Origin: a virus | Reading direction: 5' to 3' (one strand) | Virus record (IMG/VR): IMGVR_UViG_3300045988_126112 | Coordinates: 179,965-243,964 of that record | DNA length: 64,000 nt | Shown here: piece after piece, positions 9,709-18,076 of the stretch | Layout of the letters: each line of letters starts with the position of its first letter | Numbering within the stretch: position 1 is the stretch's first letter | The notes under the pieces: model-generated | What the model saw: the letters and a program-made list of their open reading frames with translations, nothing else | Database searches by the model: none | Told to the model about the DNA's origin: nothing | Position numbers and translations under genes: made by a program

Positions 9709-11968
9709 ATTCATTATCCTCCTTTCCTAATTTGTTAGTTTTATTAGAATCATAATCTATTAATACACTTCCTGATTTATCTTTATCTTCAAATCTATCT
9801 TCAGTAGCGAATAAGAAATCTTCACCCTTATTAATGAAAGGTCTTTCATAATAATCTGAAGCAATTTTTTCTAATATATATTTCATATTAATTTCTGCTG
9901 CAGTAATATCAGTTTCTTTATTGCTAACATTAATATCTTGAATAATTTTCTTATATTCAGGTATAGTTAATTTATCAATTATTTGAGTCATTAAATCAGT
10001 AGTATTTTCAAACATTTCAGCAAGTAATTCATCTTCTTTGATGTGTTGTATAATAGAAAGATTGTAAACTGAACCTGGGTCAGTAGTTAATTTCAATCTA
10101 TTTTGATCAACATCATAAATCCAATCTCTAGGTATTTTCTTTCCGTTAACAAATATAAAGTTTAAATCTTTACTTATATTATGCTTAAATTTACTCTTGT
10201 CTACAATTATATCTCCAGTAGTATCAAGATTTGGACTGAACTCTATTTCTTTCATTTCGTCAGGCAGATAGAAAATTTCAACTATATCATTTTCTTTTAA
10301 TAGCATATTTATATATACAGAATTATCATCAAATGGAGTTGAAGGAGATGGTACAATAATTCTATAATTATTACTACCTATTCTTCTTCCATTTACACAA
10401 ATCATATATTGATCTTTATTATCACAGAATTTAAATTCTTCAGGTAATATAAAATCTACTCTATCATATTCACATTTTACATATAAATATCTGAATTGTC
10501 TTTCTGATACTAAAAATAATCTTTTATCATAATAGAAAGGATTATCAGGATAGATTGTATAAGTACCATTATCCATTCTTTCATAATTAAATCCAATTTG
10601 ATATTGTTTATCTGGTTGAATTTCTATATTATAATCTAAATGCTCTGGCTGCATTGTATACAATCTCATATAATTCATATTTATAGAATCGTCTAGATAA
10701 TATAAATCATCTAATTTAGAACCAAATTTAATTCTTATAGGTCTATTATCTACTTCTAAGAAATATAATATCTCCATAGTATCATCATTTTTAACATCTT
10801 TTAATGGAAAAGTAAAATTCTTACCATTATAAGATAATTCATGATAGTATTTATACAGTTCTCCATTATGGAAAAGTACTACATAGCTATGTATATTACC
10901 ATTTATTCTTCTAGACATAGTAACCATTCCAGATTTAGCCATTTGTTTTAATTCTAAACCAGTATATATAAAAGATTTAGTTTTATCCATCTTCTCATAA
11001 GCCCTATTCATTAGTCCTGAATTATATTCCATTACATAATTTAAAGCTCTAAGAATATTATCTCTATAAGTATCCGTAATATTAAATTCAAAATTGAATT
11101 TTTTATTGAATCTATTTAAATACCCAGGAATTCTGTTATTATTAAGAAGAACATCGTTAGATATTTTTCGTTTATCCATGAATACTTTACTATTATTACG
11201 TCTTAAATTAGCTTTACTATAGAAGAATCCTTTAGCAATATATATAGTATCAAGTTTATTACCATCTACTGAAAACATATTTAATCCATGATTAACAAAA
11301 TTTTCTTTATATAATTTATTATCTTTAAAGATAAATATATTATTATCAGCCATTTCTCTATTAGGATTCATTTCAAAATGTTGAATAGTATTAGTTTCAA
11401 GCATTTTTTCTTCATAGTAGAAATCACAACTATCATTAGTATCAATAGTTACGCATCTATCTATACCAGAATAATAATATCCATTTTTAAAACTAAATAG
11501 AGTCTTATCATTACATAAGCCTGCTTCATTATATATAACTGTTTTAGGTAGCATTATCATTGTATAATCAGCATACATTTCTGTAACACCTGGAAGTAAT
11601 ATATAAGAATATCTACAATCTTTTATTATATAAATTTCACTCCATTTAATAAATAAACCATTTACAAAGAATAGGAATGGATATACTTTATTTCCTTTTA
11701 TTAAATTGTCTAATGTATCCATATATGCAGGTTTATATTGATAAGTATTAAATGGTATACAATCAGTTAATAGTAAAGATACATCTTGTATACTAAATTT
11801 TCCATTTAATATTCTATGAGTATCTTTAAAATCTCCCTTTCTTATATATTTAAAATTAATCTTTGTTGGTACATTTACTCTTAAATTATTATCTATTAAA
11901 TTATTAGATAGAGGACGTAATTCCTCTATCGTTTCAACAATATATTTATTAATCTTAGTAGGTTCCAT
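9698..11968 (-). CDS. large structural protein (baseplate/tail candidate)
   Basis: 756-aa ORF. Its start overlaps the upstream stop as TAATG. No recognised motif. Confidence 0.45.
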   Translation of the reverse strand: MEPTKINKYIVETIEELRPLSNNLIDNNLRVNVPTKINFKYIRKGDFKDTHRILNGKFSIQDVSLLLTDCIPFNTYQYKPAYMDTLDNLIKGNKVYPFLFFVNGLFIKWSEIYIIKDCRYSYILLPGVTEMYADYTMIMLPKTVIYNEAGLCNDKTLFSFKNGYYYSGIDRCVTIDTNDSCDFYYEEKMLETNTIQHFEMNPNREMADNNIFIFKDNKLYKENFVNHGLNMFSVDGNKLDTIYIAKGFFYSKANLRRNNSKVFMDKRKISNDVLLNNNRIPGYLNRFNKKFNFEFNITDTYRDNILRALNYVMEYNSGLMNRAYEKMDKTKSFIYTGLELKQMAKSGMVTMSRRINGNIHSYVVLFHNGELYKYYHELSYNGKNFTFPLKDVKNDDTMEILYFLEVDNRPIRIKFGSKLDDLYYLDDSINMNYMRLYTMQPEHLDYNIEIQPDKQYQIGFNYERMDNGTYTIYPDNPFYYDKRLFLVSERQFRYLYVKCEYDRVDFILPEEFKFCDNKDQYMICVNGRRIGSNNYRIIVPSPSTPFDDNSVYINMLLKENDIVEIFYLPDEMKEIEFSPNLDTTGDIIVDKSKFKHNISKDLNFIFVNGKKIPRDWIYDVDQNRLKLTTDPGSVYNLSIIQHIKEDELLAEMFENTTDLMTQIIDKLTIPEYKKIIQDINVSNKETDITAAEINMKYILEKIASDYYERPFINKGEDFLFATEDRFEDKDKSGSVLIDYDSNKTNKLGKEDNEYEA

Positions 11969-12915
11969 TATACAGCTTCACTACCAATTCTTAGCATTCC
12001 TTTAGTAAAATCTACCATGTTTCTTCCTGTTATCTTTTCTATAGTTTTTTGATTATTGATATAGCATCCAACATAACAGTTTGTCATCATAGTAGCAAAT
12101 GCTGGGAATATTTCAAGAGCAAATTGAGTACCAGTACCATATAGATATACCCATTTTTCAAGTATTAATTCTAAACTTGTTTCTGGTAATTTTAATATTT
12201 TAGTCAATCCTTCTACAAAGTTTTTTATATTAATAAACATCTTTTCTTCATCTACTTGTAGATTTAATATTTCTTCTTCACGTTCAGTCATAGAAGATAC
12301 ATTTCTGCATACAGCTTTTACACTATCTGTAAAATCTTTTTGTAAGATATTTTCAATATAATATCTTGCAGATAGATATTGACATTTAGCTTTTACACTT
12401 TGAGTATTACTTACTTTATAAATATAATCTATAATATAAGTAAATAGAGCAGAGAAAGATCTAGCACCAGAATCTATAATCTCTCTTCTCATTATAATTC
12501 TTTTAGGGTCAGCATAATAAACTAAGTTATTGATAGCTGAAACTAAATAAGCTATTAATATATCCACATTATTACATCTATAAACACCATCATTATATTT
12601 GATTATTTCAGTACAGTCTATAAATACTTTAAGTTTCTTATCAGTTTTTATATCTGTAGCTGCAAATACTTTAAATGCTTTAGGTAATGGGACTGGATGA
12701 GTCATAAGTTTTATATTTCTAGACTCCAATACTTTGATTAAACTACTGTCTATTTGTCTTCTCTTTACGTCAAATTTTATATCCTTAAATGCTTCACTAT
12801 CTTTGTCTATTTCATCTGCAGTCATTATAAAATTTACTAAGTTTTTTTCATAATTACCTTTAGAGTATAAATAAGCAGATGCATATGTTTTAGCTATTAA
12901 TCCTTTATTAGCCAT
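11968..12915 (-). CDS. hypothetical protein (structural operon)
   Basis: AGGAGG RBS. First gene after the minus-strand terminator 12955..12990. Confidence 0.5.
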   Translation of the reverse strand: MANKGLIAKTYASAYLYSKGNYEKNLVNFIMTADEIDKDSEAFKDIKFDVKRRQIDSSLIKVLESRNIKLMTHPVPLPKAFKVFAATDIKTDKKLKVFIDCTEIIKYNDGVYRCNNVDILIAYLVSAINNLVYYADPKRIIMRREIIDSGARSFSALFTYIIDYIYKVSNTQSVKAKCQYLSARYYIENILQKDFTDSVKAVCRNVSSMTEREEEILNLQVDEEKMFINIKNFVEGLTKILKLPETSLELILEKWVYLYGTGTQFALEIFPAFATMMTNCYVGCYINNQKTIEKITGRNMVDFTKGMLRIGSEAV

Positions 12916-12954
12916 TTTAAAACCTCCTTTATAGTAATTTATTATATTAATGTT

Positions 12955-12990
12955 AAAAAATAAAAGCTCTGTACCTTTTCAGGTACAGAG
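12955..12990 (-). terminator. intrinsic terminator (minus strand) after the DHH operon
   Basis: GCTCTGTACC ttttca GGTACAGAGC. The minus strand continues TTTTATTTTTT. Confidence 0.8.
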
Positions 12991-13032
12991 CCAATCCTGG
13001 GAGAATATAAATATAAAAAAACTTTATATATA

Positions 13033-14163
13033 TTACTCATATTGTTTTTCATATATTTTTTTAATTTCCTTTTTCTTTTTGTTTAGAGTTAGTTTTAGTT
13101 TCATTGGTTCAGTAAATATATTATATGGTAATGTAAATCCAGCTGCACCTTTATGACCACCACCACCAAATAATTTAGCTACATCTGAGCAATCTACATA
13201 ATCTTTATTAGAGAATAATGAATAAGTCCATACAAGTTTTCCATTACGTTCTTGCATGACAAATGGGCAAACCATATCATAATCATATATTTTACTTCCA
13301 AACAATAAACTATTTGATTTCATATTGCAGCATAATATTTTATAATCAAGTAATTCAAATTCAAAACCATTAGTAGCTAGATATCTAGCATTCTTTCTTT
13401 CAGTATCTTCTACTATAGGTCTTCCTCTATTAATTACTTTATCTAAAACAACTAAATCATTACTATCTTTTTCTTTCCATAAAGACATCCATACAGAATC
13501 TGGGTCTATATTACCATCTCTATCTATAAGCTTATAATTTGGTAAACCATTCATAGCTTCATTAAAGCATATTGAATTTGGATAATCATGAGTCCAAGTA
13601 TCCCAATCAGATGTAAGTTTTACATATAATGGAGCTTTATCTGGAATAGTTTCAAATAATGTACAATAAACTAACATAGCTGCACTATATTTATTATTAG
13701 CATCTCCTAATACACATATATTAAATTTATTAGCAAGATTTTCAATACTTTCATCAGTTTTAAGCATTTTAACATTAGATGCATGATGGTCTATCCAATA
13801 TACATTTTTAGATTGACTATATAAGTATCTTAATTTATCTTCAGTCATTGATAAATCAACTAACCATATTAAATCATTTTCATATATTTCAAAGTTTTCA
13901 AAATTATCATTGTAATCAGTTGGTACAAGATTTATTGGTACATCTTTTAATTCTTGTAATGAAGATAGATATCTTTCAACTAAATGACCAGAGCAATATC
14001 CATCTAAATCTGTATGGTGAAATATCCATATAGAATTTTGTTTTATATCAAAATCTGTAGGTGCTTTTCTTATTATATTTTTGTAATTACCTGAAGTATA
14101 GTTCATAAATTCCATAAATTCCAATCCTTTTTCTTCCTTAGTTATCATAGTATTTTCTTTCAT
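13033..14163 (-). CDS. DHH/DHHA1 family phosphoesterase (NrnA/RecJ-like)
   Basis: Motifs HHTDLDGYCSG, WLVDLS, WIDHHASN (DHH) and GGGGHKGAAGF (DHHA1). The ATG at 14163 lies 1 nt after the upstream stop, with AAGGGGG upstream. Confidence 0.85.
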   Translation of the reverse strand: MKENTMITKEEKGLEFMEFMNYTSGNYKNIIRKAPTDFDIKQNSIWIFHHTDLDGYCSGHLVERYLSSLQELKDVPINLVPTDYNDNFENFEIYENDLIWLVDLSMTEDKLRYLYSQSKNVYWIDHHASNVKMLKTDESIENLANKFNICVLGDANNKYSAAMLVYCTLFETIPDKAPLYVKLTSDWDTWTHDYPNSICFNEAMNGLPNYKLIDRDGNIDPDSVWMSLWKEKDSNDLVVLDKVINRGRPIVEDTERKNARYLATNGFEFELLDYKILCCNMKSNSLLFGSKIYDYDMVCPFVMQERNGKLVWTYSLFSNKDYVDCSDVAKLFGGGGHKGAAGFTLPYNIFTEPMKLKLTLNKKKKEIKKIYEKQYE

Positions 14164-14164
14164 A

Positions 14165-14350
14165 TTAGTTATCCCCCTTAATTTCTTTTTTATAACTTGC
14201 AAATCTTTCGTCATTTTCTATCAATGCTTCCATAACCATATCTGGACTTAGATATTCATCACATAAAGTACTACATTTGTCTGTAAACTTATATGGGCAT
14301 CCAATTCCATTTTCTAATCTTAAATTTTCATCATGAATACAATCATTCAT
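14165..14350 (-). CDS. small Cys-containing acidic protein co-transcribed with the DHH phosphoesterase
   Basis: AGGAGG RBS. 61 aa with 4 Cys (C4, C18, C26, C30). Stop abuts the DHH gene start. Confidence 0.55.
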   Translation of the reverse strand: MNDCIHDENLRLENGIGCPYKFTDKCSTLCDEYLSPDMVMEALIENDERFASYKKEIKGDN

Positions 14351-14371
14351 ATATAAATACCTCCTTATTGA

Positions 14372-14385
14372 TATAATATATTATA
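14372..14385. promoter_or_regulatory. overlapping divergent ATATATTATA boxes
   Basis: Plus-strand copy at 14376..14385 and minus-strand copy at 14381..14372, in the divergent region between the DHH operon and the 14437 fibre operon. Confidence 0.45.
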
Positions 14386-14436
14386 TAATAGTAATAGCTG
14401 TGATAACTTATTATTAAATCGAAAGGAGGTATATGT

Positions 14437-15057
14437 ATGAATAATAATTTAGAAAGGCTTACAGGTTCATTGGAGACATATATTAATGAAAAAATACTTA
14501 CAAGAGCTCCGTTAGATCATGACCATTTAGGATATGTCAAAAAGACTGATTTAGCAACTGTAGCTTTTAGTGGTCGTTATAGTGATTTAATAGGATTACC
14601 ATCTTCTTCATCTAGTGATTTGAATTCATATGCTACTATAAATTATGTAAATACAGCTATAGCCGAAGCAAAATTAAATGGGTCTATTAATTTGGATGAT
14701 TATGTAAAACAAGAACAATTAGAAACATATGTACAGTCAGCTGAATTAAAAGAAGTTGCATTTAGTGGTAGTTATAATGATTTACTTCATAAACCTACTA
14801 TACCATCTATAGTTGGATTAGCATCAGAAGCATATGTAAAGAAAGCTATAGATGAAGCAAAACTTAGTGGTGCTGGTGGAAAGGTTGATTTAGATAATTA
14901 CGTTAAAAAAGTTGAATTATCTGCTGTAGCTACAAGTGGTAGCTATAATGATTTAACTGATAAACCAGCTGGATTATTAACTGAAGAAGAAATAACTACC
15001 ATTATTAATAATCAATTTGATAAATTGATACACGATGCATTTAATGCTGAATATTAA
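14437..15057 (+). CDS. tail fibre-like protein
   Basis: Three copies of the V-A-[FT]-S-G-x-Y-[SN]-D-L-x-x-[LK]-P fibre motif, plus DHDH. The N-terminus NLERLTGSLETYINEK is shared with 43267..43884. Confidence 0.65.
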   Translation: MNNNLERLTGSLETYINEKILTRAPLDHDHLGYVKKTDLATVAFSGRYSDLIGLPSSSSSDLNSYATINYVNTAIAEAKLNGSINLDDYVKQEQLETYVQSAELKEVAFSGSYNDLLHKPTIPSIVGLASEAYVKKAIDEAKLSGAGGKVDLDNYVKKVELSAVATSGSYNDLTDKPAGLLTEEEITTIINNQFDKLIHDAFNAEY

Positions 15058-15069
15058 AAGGAGGTTACA

Positions 15070-16671
15070 ATGTCAGAATTATCGAATATTTTTCAATCAA
15101 TAGCTAATGCTATAAAAGCGGTAAGCGGTAAAGATAAAAAAATTTCACCAAAGAATTTTACAGATGAAATAAGTAAGTTATCTTATATAGATGATACGGT
15201 TACTGGTAAGGTAAACATAGTACCATCAGCTAAACCAGAAATAACTATTGAAGATAATGCTATACTTGCAGTAACTACACAAGAAAATGGTTATATAAAT
15301 GATGGTGGTACAAGAAATTCTATACCAATAGAAACTAGAGCTGAAGGAACTATAGTTCCTTCAACAACTAATCAAGAATTGAATGGAGGAGTATATTTGA
15401 AAGGAAAACAAACTATTATGGGCGATGAAAATTTAGTACCAGAAAATATTCTTAGAGGAAAGAATAATAAATTAGTATCAATATTTGGTGTAAAAGGTAA
15501 AGTAGATAAAATTCATAGAATGAATGCACCAATAACTTATAGTAATCAAGATATACAAGTAGTTGATGTTGCTAAAAGTTATTATTTAGCTGCAATAAAT
15601 GAATATGCTAGTTTCCAATATAAACAATCAAAGGGAATATACTATCAATATTTAACAGATGAAAAGGGTGATTGTTGTATAGATTGTTCAACATTTGGAA
15701 ACTGTGTAACTAGAGGAATAGATTTCTTTAGTTCTCCATATAATGGAGCTACTGGAACTAAAAATCTTGTTAATGATCCAAAGAAAATAAAAACTTTATG
15801 TGAAAATTCTAAATATGAATATGCTGATGATTATTTAGATAAACAATTAGACCCAGCATTCTATGATTTAGGGTATAGTAATCAAGGTTTATATAGTATA
15901 AGAAATGCTGCACAACTAGCAGAATATTATTACTGTAAAGGATATACAGTATATGAATTTGATCAATCACCTACTGCAGTTCCTAGTGGATTAAAAGGTG
16001 GAGAATTAATATTCTGGAGTAAAGATACTGCAACTAATGGACAAAAATCTAGATTTAAAGCTATATCACATGTAGCTATAGTAGATAGAACTGGTACAGC
16101 TTATTTCCAAGTTACTGGTAGTGAAAGTAATAAAGGTCAAACTGTATTCTATAGTCAAATAAAAGATCACTTAGAATATATAAGTTTAATAGTCAAACCA
16201 AATTATGGTATAAATACTAAAGTAGGATTAGAATTATTACCTAAATGGTATTACGATAGCTGTCCATTAGCTAGTGTTAAACTTAATGGAACAACATTTA
16301 CAATTAATAAAAAAGGTGGATTTACTGTAAGTAAAACTATACCTACAGCAAGTACTACATTTTATATAATAAACAAAGATAAGTGCTTAACTTTAGACCC
16401 AGGAACATATAAACTTAGTGGAGCTGTTCCTCATGAAACTTCTACTGGTTCTACTGATGCTTCTACTAAATGGGGTATAAGTATTAAGAAAGAAGATGGT
16501 TCACCAATAACTGGAGATAAAGGAAATACTGTATGGGATAAAGGTTATGGCACAGATGAATTTACTTTAACTGAAGAAACAAAAGTATATGTATATTTTT
16601 ACATGTCTTCTAACCTAACAGCTATGAGTAAGTCTTATAGCATGACACCAAGTCTAATAAGAATAAAATAA
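15070..16671 (+). CDS. NlpC/P60-type cysteine peptidase domain protein (virion-associated cell-wall hydrolase candidate)
   Basis: Catalytic-type Cys context GDCCIDCSTFGNCV and His context AISHVAIVDRTG. Confidence 0.6.
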   Translation: MSELSNIFQSIANAIKAVSGKDKKISPKNFTDEISKLSYIDDTVTGKVNIVPSAKPEITIEDNAILAVTTQENGYINDGGTRNSIPIETRAEGTIVPSTTNQELNGGVYLKGKQTIMGDENLVPENILRGKNNKLVSIFGVKGKVDKIHRMNAPITYSNQDIQVVDVAKSYYLAAINEYASFQYKQSKGIYYQYLTDEKGDCCIDCSTFGNCVTRGIDFFSSPYNGATGTKNLVNDPKKIKTLCENSKYEYADDYLDKQLDPAFYDLGYSNQGLYSIRNAAQLAEYYYCKGYTVYEFDQSPTAVPSGLKGGELIFWSKDTATNGQKSRFKAISHVAIVDRTGTAYFQVTGSESNKGQTVFYSQIKDHLEYISLIVKPNYGINTKVGLELLPKWYYDSCPLASVKLNGTTFTINKKGGFTVSKTIPTASTTFYIINKDKCLTLDPGTYKLSGAVPHETSTGSTDASTKWGISIKKEDGSPITGDKGNTVWDKGYGTDEFTLTEETKVYVYFYMSSNLTAMSKSYSMTPSLIRIK

Positions 16672-16704
16672 TACACTTATGGTAACAAATAGATAATTGT
16701 AAAA

Positions 16705-16738
16705 GGAGAATCCTTTAACAAGGATTCTCTTATTTTAT
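16705..16738 (+). terminator. intrinsic terminator
   Basis: GGAGAATCCT ttaaca AGGATTCTCT, then TATTTT. Confidence 0.7.
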
Positions 16739-16761
16739 CACGTTTAAAATATATTTTATTC

Positions 16762-16771
16762 ATATATTATA
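16762..16771 (+). promoter_or_regulatory. ATATATTATA promoter-like box
   Basis: Exact 10-mer between terminator 16705..16738 and the gene at 16812. Confidence 0.45.
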
Positions 16772-16811
16772 AAGGTGCAATAAAATAATATTTATAAGGG
16801 GGAAAAGTTAT

Positions 16812-17999
16812 ATGAAATTCAAAGAGTACTTAGAATCAAAGGAAAACAAGAAAGGTAAAAAAGGTAGTATAAAGAAAGGGGTAGTAAAAACACCATCAAT
16901 ATTAAAAGCTTTCATAATAGGAATATTTAAAGTAATAAAAATAATATTCAGATTTATTCAATATTTAATAGACCAAGCTGCTGAAGCTTTAGCTTGTTTA
17001 TTATGTATTAAAAATGAAAAAATGAGTGTTGATAGAAAAATTAACTTTTGGAAAGCAGTTGTAAAAATATTTGCATTACTTATAATTGTAGTAATACTAT
17101 CATTTGGACACATGCATAATAAAAATAAGAAACTAGAAGAACAAGTTGCTACAATAAATGCTTCAATAGAAAGTAATAGTGAAGCACCAAAACAATCAAA
17201 AGAACAAATTGCAAAAGCTACAGAAGAAGCAAAGAAAGAAGTTGAAAAAGTTGTAGCTAAAAAATCAACAGTAACAGCACCAACAACAAATAATACAAGC
17301 ACAAATACAAATGCTAGTAATACATTAAAGGATGCTAAAAATACAGAATTCTTTGGAAGTGATTCAATCAAAGTTAAGTTAGGTAAAGTTGACCCATCTT
17401 ACTATACAAGAAAAGGATACTGTAGATATAAAGACAATAAAGGAAATGTAAAAGTTGACATAGTTTGTTTATATGGTATAGGAGAATTCTCTTCTAGTCC
17501 TAATGCAGGAACTAGATATGTTAAGAATGTAACTGACTATGTAAAATCTAGAGATGCAGAAATGTATAATAAATATTTCAAAGATGTAAATGTACCTGGA
17601 ACAACTACATTTACAACTGGATGGCAAGATGCTGCATCAGATGAAAAAGATAAATTCTTACAATATCAATTCGAATATTTATATATCAATTATGTAAATC
17701 CAACAATGGATGCATTAGTTGATAAATATGGAATAGATAAAGATAATGACGGAATAAAAGAATTTGTATTCAGTACATCTGTACAATATGGGTATAAAGG
17801 AACAATGGCTATATTCGAAAAAGCTGGTGTAAAGAAAGGTATGTCAGCAAAAGAAATAATCAAGAAAGTTCAAAATGAAAAATATAATTCTGTAGGTGTT
17901 TACACATATACAGAAGAATATAAATACGATAAATATGACAGAGAAAATATAAAAGGAGAAATAAATAAAGAAACTGAATTATTTATCGAAAAATTATAA
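16812..17999 (+). CDS. membrane-anchored protein with lysozyme/chitosanase-like C-terminal domain (paralog of the 18077 N-domain)
   Basis: Two N-terminal TM segments. C-terminal YGIGEFSS...FLQYQFEYLYINYV...FSTSVQYGYKG aligns with the N-domain of the next gene. Confidence 0.5.
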   Translation: MKFKEYLESKENKKGKKGSIKKGVVKTPSILKAFIIGIFKVIKIIFRFIQYLIDQAAEALACLLCIKNEKMSVDRKINFWKAVVKIFALLIIVVILSFGHMHNKNKKLEEQVATINASIESNSEAPKQSKEQIAKATEEAKKEVEKVVAKKSTVTAPTTNNTSTNTNASNTLKDAKNTEFFGSDSIKVKLGKVDPSYYTRKGYCRYKDNKGNVKVDIVCLYGIGEFSSSPNAGTRYVKNVTDYVKSRDAEMYNKYFKDVNVPGTTTFTTGWQDAASDEKDKFLQYQFEYLYINYVNPTMDALVDKYGIDKDNDGIKEFVFSTSVQYGYKGTMAIFEKAGVKKGMSAKEIIKKVQNEKYNSVGVYTYTEEYKYDKYDRENIKGEINKETELFIEKL

Positions 18000-18014
18000 T
18001 TAATTTAAGTCGAT

Positions 18015-18045
18015 GAGGGAGCGACTATAAATCTCCCTCTTATAA
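18015..18045 (+). terminator. possible terminator
   Basis: GAGGGAG / CTCCCTC with an 11-nt loop and a weak T-run. Confidence 0.35.
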
Positions 18046-18076
18046 AAACTATAATAATTTTTTAGGGGGTAATTTT

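Noticed and set aside
12950-13156. Plus-strand ORF of 68 aa
   Set aside because: It overlaps the 3' end of the DHH gene and the terminator hairpin, has no RBS, and translates to a low-complexity hydrophobic sequence typical of antisense AT-rich DNA.
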